A DNA stretch of 63,953 bases, the filler included, from Stramenopiles sp. TOSAG23-6 (lineage: Eukaryota): assembly GCA_900128565.1 (NCBI GenBank). It is 9 parts of 9 records of this genome, joined end to end, with 100 filler letters (N's around TTAATTAATTAA, not from the genome) between each part and the next. Parts side by side here need not be neighbours in the genome. Positions count along the whole stretch, not along the records: positions 1 to 8,742 come from LT636417.1; positions 8,843 to 17,548 come from LT636418.1; 7 more parts are not named here. The stretch is one strand, 5' to 3'. Below are positions 1 through 11,900 of this stretch, piece after piece; positions within the stretch are counted from its first letter, which is position 1, and each line of letters opens with the position of its first letter. The translations under genes and the position numbers were made by a program. The notes under the pieces were generated by a model. That model was not told the origin of the DNA. It saw only the letters and a program-made list of their open reading frames with translations, and ran no database searches.

Positions 1-90
1 AAAAAAAAAAAATAAAAAAAAAAAAAAAATTCAAAATTCAATGATTTTTTTTTTTTTTTGGTAAAAAAATTTTGTACTGTATATATATAT

Positions 91-3000
91 CTATACCTGT
101 AATAGAATTCTTTTCCATTCACTTACGGAAGAATCATCCTCAAAAAGTTTATACCTAAAATTTTCTATTTGCTTTTGAATTTTCCTATTGTACTCAACAC
201 TACTTCCTAAACGTAATGCGATTTCAATATAAGCCTTTTTATCCTTTGCTATACAGCAAGAATCCGTTTCAGTGAGTATTTCCATGAATTTATACATGTA
301 TTTTGGAAAAATATTTGAAAAAAAATTCTAAAAAATTTTGTGAGGTACAAAATTTTTATAAAAAAAAATTCGTTTTTTTTTTTCGGTTTTTTCGGTAAAA
401 AACCGAAAAAAAAAAAAACATAAAACATACATTCATCTAGTCAAAGCTCCAGATAAAGTGGTGCTTTGTAGTGTCACAATAGGTGTCCCTACGGAGAAAC
501 CTTCCAGACTTGTGACGCCTCCTCCGAAAGGAAATGGATCTAACAATGCCACAGAATTGGCCATTAATGTATTTTGGAAAAATATTTTTTTAGTAAAAAA
601 TCTAAAAATATTTGTTAGGTACAAAATTTCGTACGAAAACCAAAAAAAAAAAAAAAATTCAATTTTTTTTTAAGGCTCAAAAATAAAAAAATAAAACATA
701 CATGCTAAATATAACTTTTGTGGGAGGCGAGGCGTTACAATAAGTCTTTGTAGAATTGATTCTTTTTCAAATTCGTTAATTATAACTTTTTCTGTTTTTT
801 TACCNTCTGTAGTAAAAAAAAGAGGAACATTTTTATCANCTTTTTCATCTATTATTTCATTTTGAACAATAAAAAATTCATTCATTTGAAGTTTCCACCT
901 CTTTCGCATTCGAACATGTGCTATGAAAAAATTANTTTTTTTTTTGTTTTATTGTTAGGTACAACATTTCGTATGAAAAAAAAATTATAAAAAAAAATCT
1001 CAAAATAAAAAAAAACGTTAGGTACAACATTTCGTATGAAAAAAAAAATTATAAAAAAAAATCTCAAAATAAAAAAAAAACGTACTTCCCATTTTGGACC
1101 TTCTNGAATAAAAACAATAATTNCGTCTGGATCTAAATAAAGCAAGTTCAGAATGACATAATCAAAAGAAGGGTGTAATTTCATTTGGAAAAATATTTCA
1201 AAAAAAAAAAAAATTTGAAATTGAAAAAAAATAATAAAAATATTTCAAAAAAAAAAATTGTTAGGTACAAAATTTTTATAAAAAACCAAAAAAAAAAAAA
1301 TTGAAATTGAAAAAAAATAATAAAACGTACATTTCATGACACTTTGGGGGCATGAATAAATTTTTGGTGACGTTGTACGTGTGCTAGATAATGGCTTTAT
1401 ACCNATANGTTTTCGCATTTGATTAATAATATGTAAAGAGCTTTCTTGTANATCTTCATTGTTTTTGTCATTAGGGTTAGGGTTATAATTATTATTTTCA
1501 CCTTTACTTTTTGACTCTTTCATCATATATAACCCTAACCCTAGATTATTTGTATGTGAAAATAGTTTTGCCCACTTGGGTCGTTTAAAAAAAAAACTGA
1601 GAGCATTTAGTTCTAGAAGTCTTTCATGGAAGGTATCCGGGTAACGGTAATATATTTGAGCTCTAGATTCTCTACAGGTCAAATTTTCATCTGTTGAAGT
1701 GTTGATGAAATTATTAGTAGTACTAATAAGTTCATTCGCATCAATTTCATTACCATTATCATTATGTTCAAACTTTTGTTCTTTGAAATGAGAAATAGCT
1801 TGCTTCAATGAATCATTGATCATTTCAGTGTTTTTCGTGTTTTTAGGGTTAGGGTTATCACAAATTATTTCATTAGGGTTAGGGTTAGTATCAAACTGAA
1901 GTGGCGGAGATAAAGGAGTAAATGTAAAAAATTTTGATGACACAAAATAGTCAATTGAATCAAGACCTGTCGTGCTAGGGTGACCCCAAGTCATAATTTG
2001 TGAAAAAATATTTCAAAAATTCCATTTGTTTGTTAGGTACAAAATTTCGTACGAAAACAAATTCGATTTTTTTGTAAAAAAAAAATTACAAAAAAAAAAA
2101 AAATTGAAATTCATGATGAAAACATATATAATTTGAACTGGTGCGAGTCTAGAGTATGCAAGCAAATACGTAAACGGATCCATTCCAATACTGAGATATA
2201 CGAGAATATCTAAATTCAAATCTGCAATTTGTTCCCGNGCAAATAGATTTCCAATTGGAAGATCAACAAACTTCAAAGATTTGTTTTCCATTAATTGAAT
2301 TGTTTTTTTGTCGTGTTTTTCTTTAGAAGTCAAAGATAAAATGTAAACATCAAAATTTTCATCACTTGAAATATTGTGTATAATACCACAGAATAGTTTG
2401 CATACAGGATGTGAGTAGAAATATGCCGAAATGAAACCGACACGACGTTTCGTATTTTTTACAATTTTAAAATTTTCTGTATTTTTTGTATTTTTTGTAG
2501 GGTTAGGGTTTACATGTTTCGATGTGTACAAAAGTTCAGGGAAAATACAACTATTTATTAGAGATATAGCCTGAGATACATACTTATCATTATATCCTTG
2601 ATATGTCAAATAGAAAGTAGATGGTAATGATTGAGAGTTGAAAGAGAATTTCTCTACTTTTTTTGAATTTTTAACTTTGGTACAATCTTTAGCCATCTTT
2701 TGAAGAACCTCAGTGAGGTCCAATACTAATTGATTTCTAACTGAGGTGACATGTTTTTCAGAATTATAAAATTGTGGTAGAGAAAGCACCCTTTGAAGTT
2801 TCAATGACATGTTTCCTGGCTGTAGTGTACAAGCTAACTCAAGTTGAGATGTCGCCTCAACGAAGTGACCTGCATGCATTTTGGAAAAATATTTCAAAAA
2901 AAAATTGTTAGGTACAAAATTTCGTACGAAAAAAAAACGAACTTGAAAAAAATAAAACATACATTATACAGTTTTTTGCTTAAGCCGATAATACCTCGGA

Positions 3001-3514
3001 CAACAAATTCACTCTTCAAAGAATATTTTTCTTCAAATAAATTCTTTTTCAAATGATGAGCCAACCAAAATATGTCACTCATACCATTACAACTCTTTTT
3101 TTGTACATTTAGTTCCGCTAAAGGTGGAAGAACACCAGGAGGAAGAATTGCCTTCGCTCGGCGATATCGACCTACAGCAGTTTCATAGTTAGCATCTTGT
3201 AAAAGAATTAACGTTGATATTGCAAACAATGACTGGGCATGCACAGCTGGTCCATAAATTAAACTATATTCGGTATCCAGTATATCTGCATCTAATGAAA
3301 CTCCGTTCAATAAATAGATGAAACTCTCTAGAGACTTTTCAAAGTCTCCGTCACATGCCTCTCCTACTGCTCTTTCTACAGATAAAGTTGCCTTTGAGCC
3401 GTTTGAAAAAGAACAAAATACCATCGAAGTGAGTATATAGACACAAAGTACCCTCACCAGTCGCTGTATTGGAGCTCCTCCATACTGTGATAAATGGTGA
3501 AGAGCGCCATGCAT
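91..3514 (-). CDS. TPR-like + glycosyltransferase family 41 (O-GlcNAc transferase/SPINDLY-like) protein; 6 introns (2874-2962, 1993-2127, 1178-1330, 916-1085, 567-701, 296-430)
   Basis: Spliced motifs [74 protein letters not shown]. One in-frame TGA at 433-435. Confidence 0.85.
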
Positions 3515-3914
3515 TTTTAAGATTGATATATGTCTTTTTTACATAGTCGAATTTTGCCGACAAAGAGAAATCAAGAATAACGAATTTTAATTTACGGATG
3601 ACAAAATTGACAAAATTCTGTTTTTAAATTTTTGCGTTAAATATCTTGCTTGCTTGCCGTTAAAATATCTTAGATTCTTAGGCCGAGAGGATATTATTTA
3701 TACTTATAGGGTACTATAGTACTAGCCCTTTAACTTTGTTGCAGGAACTTTTTGTTTGATTTATAGAAAAAATACCATTCAAAGAAGGATAGACATGGAA
3801 ACAATTGAAATTGTGAATTCCACTCACATCTATATTGAGGAATAAAGTTGTGAGATGTCACACATTCACGAAAAATAAAATCGCGTCATATTCATTTATT
3901 TTTTGTGTAAAACA

Positions 3915-6900
3915 TCACCATAATAATCTCTTCAGGAGTATATTTTCATTTAAATATTTCAGAAATGGTGTAACATAAAAATCCGTAATGAAAGGAAATT
4001 GCTTGTTAACATCCACATTTTGTGGTAAGGCGATAATGGCAACTTTGTTATTTTCTAAATATTTCAATTTTGAAATCATGAATTCAAATTCACTAATCAT
4101 AACATCTTCATTCAAAAACAGTGAAACTTTAAATGCCACTCCATCATTCGTCATGAATTGATAACTAGTATCACTTTGTATTCTCTTCAACCCAGATTTG
4201 TCTATCTTTTCATTGCGGGTATTTACTCGTAGTGTTTTTACAATTTTTATGCTTTTTAATTTAGTATATGTCACTTTGACAACAGTTGCAACTGCTACAC
4301 TATTTGATAAATACATTGTTTTTTTGAGAGCATCTGTTTTCCCACTTTGAATAGAATCGATGATATTAAAAGACTGAGCTTTGAACTTTTTCTTCAGGTC
4401 AGTTATCAATTTTTTGTTTGGTGTATCCGCACCAGTATTCTGAACAATCTGTAGAAATCGATGATATGCTGCTTCCTTAGATTTAATTTTGCCTCGATAA
4501 ACTTGAATGCAATCTAAAACAGCTGTTAGATCTCGTAATACAACTTTAAGTTCACCAAGTCTATATTTGCTTTCTCTAATATCGTCACTTATACCACTAA
4601 ACATTTCGCTCACAGCAAAGGGATTCTCGCGTTTTGATTCTTGGAAAACATGTGTAACGTGATCAATAGCTTCTTTTATAGTTGGTAGTTTTTGGAGTCT
4701 TCCTTTTTTAATTGCGTTTTTTGTAACTTCATATAATTCCTTTAGTTTCAGTTGAAGGTTTTCTTCATTAAATGATTCTATATATTCAAAATCATCAAGT
4801 TCACTTAAAACAGTCTTTACGGCCGATTTGCTCTTAGAAGTATCCATTACAGATTCCTCAACAAAAGTCATTGGATTCACATGTGTTGCAGATAAATTAT
4901 AAGGTAATGGTGTATCACAGAATGCACAAATTTGAAATTCAGAAAAATCAAGTTTTCTAACTTCTCCGATTTCTTCAAAATTATTATACAATAAAATAGA
5001 AACAGAGTGATTATTTTCAGGTGATCGCAGTTTTGACTTGCCTGTTGCTTCTCTAATTGCATCCATTCGGAAAAGACTGTTTACTGCGGATCCAAAAATT
5101 GGATATTTTGTACACGTTTGCTTCGAAATTTCCAAAAGTTGTCTCAAGTATATGAAGTGATTCACTTTTATAAGAGTTAAATTTTCTTCAATATTACAAA
5201 AATTCATGTATATATCCAATTTGAGCCAGTGGTTGAGGTTGTGAGGCACTTCATATATATCACTTAAACTATTTTGAATATCTTTATATCTAGTTTTCAT
5301 TTCAGAATTAAAAGGTTTCATCCATGGATACTTTCTAGTACTATATCTTCTATTTGTCAACATTCTATTGAATATTCTTATTATAGTTGATAAATTGTAG
5401 TGTTGGGCTACAGTTAATTCTGTATCTATTACATCCCATTTTTGTGGTTGCAAAACAACGGGTGCGATAAGATGTTGTACAATCATTTCTGCTATTAAGG
5501 ATTGGTAGGATTTATACACATTTGCAGAAAGCTCNCCATGGAGTTTGATTTCCGTTGCATTTTTCAAATGATTCAGGATAATACATGCACCAGGATTAAG
5601 ACCAAAGATTACATTGAGAGTACCCTGTAAAAGAGGTCGAATGAAAGTGATCAGAGTTTTGACATTTCGATTCACCGCAGCGCGTACGTCATGATTTTCA
5701 ATGTAAATCTGCAAACGTTGCTTCGCGTCAACATCAGTGACGATGTTTTCTGCGTTTTCCTCATTTCCATCAAGAATCTGTTGTACAATTGCTGGATCAA
5801 TTGATAGCTTATTCGATTTTATTTTACCAGCAGATTCCGATTTATAATCAAGTAACACATTGATAGGGTCAATTAGATAAGATTTCAAATATCCGATTAT
5901 GTGCGAAGATGTAAAATAATTTCTCATCAAAGGTTCATATACAGTATCCAGACGTGGAATTACTTTATCATTTTTTGAAAATTCATTTGTAATGATTAAA
6001 CACAAAATTTTAAGAAATTTGTGTTCATTCTCGGGAAGTGACAAATCTCCATATACACTCAAAACAAGATTCGAGAATAGTACAGCATCTTGTCCACCTT
6101 TGCCCATTTCTTCTTTGTTTCCTTTACTTTCACTATTATAGATAGAATGATCTAAAAAATTTTCCTTGTGGAGACTATGTATTATGAAAAATTATTTTTT
6201 CAAATTATTTTTTGTTAGGTACATCATTTACTACTAAAAAAGTTTTGGTGAAGCAATTAATTTTGAAAACTTGCGAAAATATTTCAAAAAAAAAACTGTT
6301 AGGTACAAAATTTCGTATGAAAAAAACGTACACTGAAATAACACGGATGCAAACGCAGCAAGGAGAATATTATACAATATTGTGGGAGAAACCCGGTAAT
6401 GTCGTACGGGACTACTCTATAGGAATGCTTTGGTGGTTCAAATTGTTTTTGTAAACTCGATTGTAATATTAAATTAATACTATCTGAAAGCGAGGAAATC
6501 TTATTTTTCACTGCTGAGAAAGAATTTGCAGATTTATGAAGCATGTATTGTGAATATATATATTTCTTAAAAAAACATTTTTTAGGTACAAAATTTGTAA
6601 TGAAAAAAAATGAAGTAAAAAAGTAATCATGAAAACATACATATCTTGTCGTTGTTTCACTTCAGCCAATGCCTTTTCGAGGTCTTTTTTGATAGTTTTT
6701 GATTCGTTTTTTACATCAGATTGACAACGAAAGAGAGATTGTTGCCAACCATCTGCAGCTGCATTCTTCGACTCGAATTCACCCATACTTTCTTCTTCAT
6801 CTGGAAGTGATTGCTCTTTATTGTCTTTTGATGATTTATTATCTTTTGTTGATTTATTGCCTTTTGATAATTTATCCATACGATTGCCAACATTGTCTCT

Positions 6901-8504
6901 TGATGATAAACGACCTGTGTCCTCGACTTTTATCTGCTTCTCATCTTTTGATAAGGTGATTATAATCTGGGCATAGTTGGCATGTTGAGAAAATATACTC
7001 TCTCCATCCTCATTTATACTACGCATTCGTTTATACCCCAATCGTCCTGACGTCCCACACCCCCAAGCATATAAAACACCATTNGCTGAATGTGCAATAG
7101 CATGATTGTTGTAAGCTTTNACAAATCTATTATCTTTTAAGTGATGTTGATTTGGTTTTAAATCCAAATCAGTTAAATATTTATGNTTAATCATTCGCTT
7201 GACAAGATTCGGTTTTTTACTGTCCAAATTATTCGCTAGTAAGCCTTGTCCAAGTTTACCATGTGTGTTGTGACCCCATGACCATACTCGACCTTTGCTA
7301 TCGAAGCAAAGAGAAAAGTCTTCAGCCGCAGAAATTCCATCAATTGATGANCCGATGCCTTTAAAAAATGTATTTAGCTTTGGTAAAGTTTGGTTTCCAA
7401 GTTCTACCATTCCCAATAAACCTTCATTTCTACCCCAACAGAATAAATTACCNACACTTATTGCTAATGTATGATAAGATCCACATGACACATCACTCAC
7501 TTGAGAATACTTCAGTTTGCCTACTGTATTTTAGAAAAATATTTCAAAAAAAAACCCCTAAATTTGTTAGGTACAAACTTTTTATAAAAAAAAAAATTCG
7601 ATTTTTTTGTTAAAAAAAAAATAAAACATACATACTCTTTGAGGTTCGTAGTGATTATATATTGGAAAATATATATCAACTTTGAAATTTGTTAATATAC
7701 TTGATCATTTTTTAATGTACTCTATGAAAAAAAAATGAAATTCATGATGAAAACATACATGTATTGTGAAAAAAAAAACACACTCAAAAAAAATTTGTTA
7801 GGTACAAAATTTCGTATGAAAAATAAAACAAAATTAAATTTGAAATTCATGATGAAAACATACATCTGTGCTCCCTAGACCTAATCTACCGAACCAACCA
7901 CCACCCCATGTATATAAATGAAAATCGGAGGTCAAAGCAGCAGCATGGCACATTCCTAGTGAAACTTTTATGATGGCTTTTGATTTCAAGTTACCTGTAA
8001 CTTGTGCAGGCAAACTTCCTCCTTTTCGTGTAACCTGACCTCTACCTAACTTCCCAAAGTCTGTTGATCCCCAAGTTAATAGTTTATGTATTTTGGAAAA
8101 ATATTTGAAAGAAAAAAAACTTTAATTTGTTAGGTACAAAATTTACTATAAAAAAAAATTCGAATTTGAAAAAACATAAAACGTACACCATCATCTAATA
8201 TTGCAGCAGCATAATTCTCACCCGCGGCTATGGTTTTAACTTTCAAACCTTGTAATGCAATAATGATTTGAGGGATTTCTCTGTTTATTGATGTACCATT
8301 TCCCAGCTGATGTTCGTCTCCTTTTCCCCATGATAAGACTTCATGATTTTCTGTCAATGCTAAAGTGAATTCCGCTCCACATTCTACTTGGGAAATAAAA
8401 ATAGTATTTAATGAATCGATTACCAAAGGTACTCTTTGCATAGATTTACTATCTGTAGTGGCATTATTTAAACCTAATTGCTTATACTCGTTGTCCCCCC
8501 AACC
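3915..8504 (-). CDS. RCC1-repeat + RasGAP (IQGAP/GAP1-like) protein, 5' partial; introns 8086-8186, 7759-7863, 7657-7758, 7524-7631, 6543-6640, 6177-6331
   Basis: RCC1 repeats (VECGAEFTLAL..WGKG..QLG, SCGSYHTLA, WSWGHNTHGKLG) splice in frame to a 730-aa ORF with RasGAP-like segments (LIAPVVLQPQKWDVID, NLSTIIRIF, PWMKPFN). Confidence 0.7.
7759..7863 (-). mobile_element. Introner-like GT-AT intron directly abutting a second family intron (7657-7758)
   Basis: GAT|GTATGT...GTACCTAAC...CACAATACAT|GTATGT...CCAATATAT|AAT. Removing both gives GRLGLGSTD-NHYEPQRV. Confidence 0.8.
8086..8186 (-). mobile_element. Introner-like GT-AT intron
   Basis: GGT|GTACGT...CCAAAATACAT|AAA restores the RCC1 segment AAILDDG-KLLTWG. 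Confidence 0.85.
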
Positions 8505-8742
8505 ATGTTTTGTAGGAAAATATGTTCAAATTTGTTTTTGTTAGGTATACAAATTTCTACGGAAAAAAAAAACTCATGTCAATGTTTTTCTTTAGGTACA
8601 AAATTTTCTATAAAAAAAAAACTACATTTGAAATTCATGATGAAAACGTACATGGCAAAAAAAAAAAAAAAAAAAATCAAAAATTTGTTTAGGTACAAAA
8701 TTTCGTACCTAACAATTTTTTTTAGATTATTTTGAAATATTT

Positions 8743-8842
8743 NNNNNNNNNNNNNNNNNNNNNNNNNNNNNNNNNNNNNNNNNNNNTTAATTAATTAANN
8801 NNNNNNNNNNNNNNNNNNNNNNNNNNNNNNNNNNNNNNNNNN
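8743..8842. other. Artificial contig spacer N44-TTAATTAATTAA-N44 (also at about 17549, 26355, 35160, 43959, 52758, 61556, 62755)
   Basis: Identical six-frame-stop 12-mer inside N runs. Most are spaced about 8.8 kb apart, as expected for length-sorted contigs. Confidence 0.97.
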
Positions 8843-8907
8843 CGTACGAAATTTTGTACCTAACGATTTTTTTTAGATTTTTTTTGAAATATTTTTCCAA
8901 AATACAT

Positions 8908-11900
8908 ATTCAATCAATAGATGCTGGCCATGAGTCTGTTGTTGCAATTTTAAAAGATGTTGAATTATATTATAGAGTGCCTATTAGTCTATTTCCACCT
9001 GCATTACTAGCCAAGGGTCTGGATATTCTTGGCAGGTCATCCGACAGTGAAGACGATGTGGGAATGCGTTTTTCTGAGCGAGATGCGCAAGGTTGGTGGA
9101 CACTTCAAGACTGTTATAATCAATTAATTTACACCTGGTTTTTATACCTCGGGCTGACAATATTTATTGATTTTGTGATTATGCAAGATGAGAACTGTTT
9201 TCGTCGTAATCTTAGAGGTATATGTCGTAAACATGTTCGTAGTATTACTACAGATGGTTTGAAGATGTCTAATGAGAATGAAACACAAATAATAGATACT
9301 TGTGATGATGCGACAATTACGGCAGAAAAAAAACTGGTCGCTAGTGGGAACTTTCCTCCAGAAACAGTTATTGTCATTGATAATCTGAAGAAAGTTTTTC
9401 ATCGATATATTTTTGGTTGTGTTCAAGATCTGTCTCAAGAAAAAGAGGCTGTCGCTGGAGTAAGTTTGCATATTACAGACAAACAATTATTTGCTTTACT
9501 TGGACATAATGGAGCAGGCAAAACCACGATGCTAAAAATGATCACTGGAATTCTCGTTCCTTCAGATGGAGATGCTTTGGTATGTGGGCACTCTCTTCTT
9601 GCTGGAGACATTGAGAAAATACATAATTGCATTGGTGTCTGTCCACAATATGACATTCTATTTTCGCAATTAACTGCAGCCGAACACATTGCGATGTTTG
9701 CCGGTTTGAAGGGAATGAAAGAAGAATATATTGAAGGTGAAATTGAAGAAAGACTTAAAGGGGTTCACCTGTGGGGTGTCCGTGACAATGTGGCAGGTTC
9801 CTTTTCTGGTGGAATGCAACGAAGACTGTCACTTGCGATATCGCTCGTCGCAAATCCCAGGGTTGTACTTCTGGATGAGCCAACAACAGGTATGGATCCA
9901 ATATCTAGGCGACAGGTTTGGGATGTTTTAGAAGCGGAGAAACGTAAGCGACTCATTATTCTTACTACACACTCTATGGAAGAAGCTGATGCATTAGCTG
10001 ATAGAATTGGTATCATAAAAAGGGGCAAACTTCGCTGCCTTGGAAGCAGTGTTGGTTTGAAACACAATTATGGAAGTGGTTTCAGATTATCTGTTGTCAC
10101 CAACGGAGGTAATGGTAGCAAAGAAAGAAATTCAAATAAAGCATCTGCTTTATCTAACCCATTAATGAATAAATTTTGTCCTGGTGCTAAACTTTTGCGC
10201 GATAATCCTTCCGAAGCGCGATATAAAATTCCTATCGACAATGTTGAACAGTTGTCATTATTATTAGCTGCATTAGAGAAAATTCAAAAAGAACAACAAC
10301 AAAGCAGTGCAATTACTGATTCAAGTTTTGAAGAATCGAGTGAATCCAAAGAAGTAGTGATTGTTGGAGAGGAAAAGCAAGAAGCTTCAAATTCAGTAAT
10401 ACTAGAAGATTTACAAATTGGTCTAACAACATTGGAAGATGTCTTTTTGAAAGTTACTTCTCATATTGAAGCAGATGAAGAAAATCACAAAAGTCGAAAA
10501 AGATATGGGTTTTGCTCAGGATGTCTTCACTTGCTTAAATATTGCGGGGAAAGAAGTTGTAATCATATCAGACAAAAACGGAACCAACGAAATCACAAGG
10601 AAAGATCAATTACACCTGATCATTCAAATATGAATCATACAAACATGGACTCAAATTTGCTAGCAAAGAAAGCAGTTTCTATGGCACAAAAAGGACGTGA
10701 AAGCAATAATCGAGATTTAGAGTTTACCATGCGTACACAGTTTGTAGCATTGTCTCTGAAAGCTCAAATGACAGAAAGACGGATGTGGAAACGTAATTTA
10801 TTTCAAATATTGCTTCCCATGGCTCTTATAGGTATGCTTGCATTTTTCCAAACCGTAATCACAGATATTGTTCAGGAAAACCTTGGAGTGACACGACCAG
10901 CGGTAGTTCACCCTCCAACTTTACCATTTGCGATGTACTTTCCCAAACTAGGTAGTATAGATCCTCTTTCTGAGTGTAAAATATTAGATCCTCGAGTTGG
11001 CATTCCTTCAATCACCCAGCTGATCCCAGATTACATTGGTGGTCGCATGTTATGGAGTTCTAATAATGATCTCACACAAACTAAAATGGGTAATTATGGT
11101 AGCCAGGTTGCGGCATCGCCTGATCGATTCTGGGCAATGGCTGATAAGAATGCACAGCAGCCATCTGGATTTCTTGGTCGAGTTACTCGAGATCTATCCT
11201 CTATGCTTTCTGTGCAAGGAAAATCGTATCCACTACGTCGATATGAAACTTTCTGTTTGACTCGACCGTATGTCTCTCCAATTTTATTTCCAGATTCATT
11301 CACAGGGAATGACTTTTTAGCGAAAGAAAAAATGGAGGCAAAATTATTGGAATCACACAAGGCCAAAGCAAATGGATACGCTGCAGGGTATGATGTCCAT
11401 ACCTTAAATCTTGGACTAAATATTCTAGAAAAGTTTAATGGTGAAGCCAAATTTGATGTCTACTTCAACCATAGCCTCACACAGGGCGCCGACCTTCCAC
11501 GTCTTGTCAATAATTTTGATGATGCCGTTTTCAAATCGATTATATCCGGCGACCCTGCTGCAAGTGACCCATTTAAATCAAGTACCACACAATCGACACT
11601 TTCAGCATCATCTGGTATTGAGCCTGGTATTTACGTATCTGGTCTTCGTTTTTTCCCCGAAAAAGAAACGGTGAATGACTTTGACCTTATTTCATTAGTG
11701 GGGCCATCCTTTTATATTTTTCTCTTCCAACTCACATTCCCAGTTTGTTTGGCTGGATTAGTGTATGAAAAAGAGCACAAATTACGAGAAGTCATGAAAA
11801 TGATGGGATTGAAAACATCAGTATATTGGGTTGTGAATTATTTACAGTACTTACTTATGTACCTAGTACAAATATGTTTTCTTACTGGACTTGCCCGATA

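Noticed and set aside
433-435. Genome-wide TGA reassignment
   Set aside because: Only one clear case; TGA terminates several well-defined genes and the long ORFs lack internal TGA.
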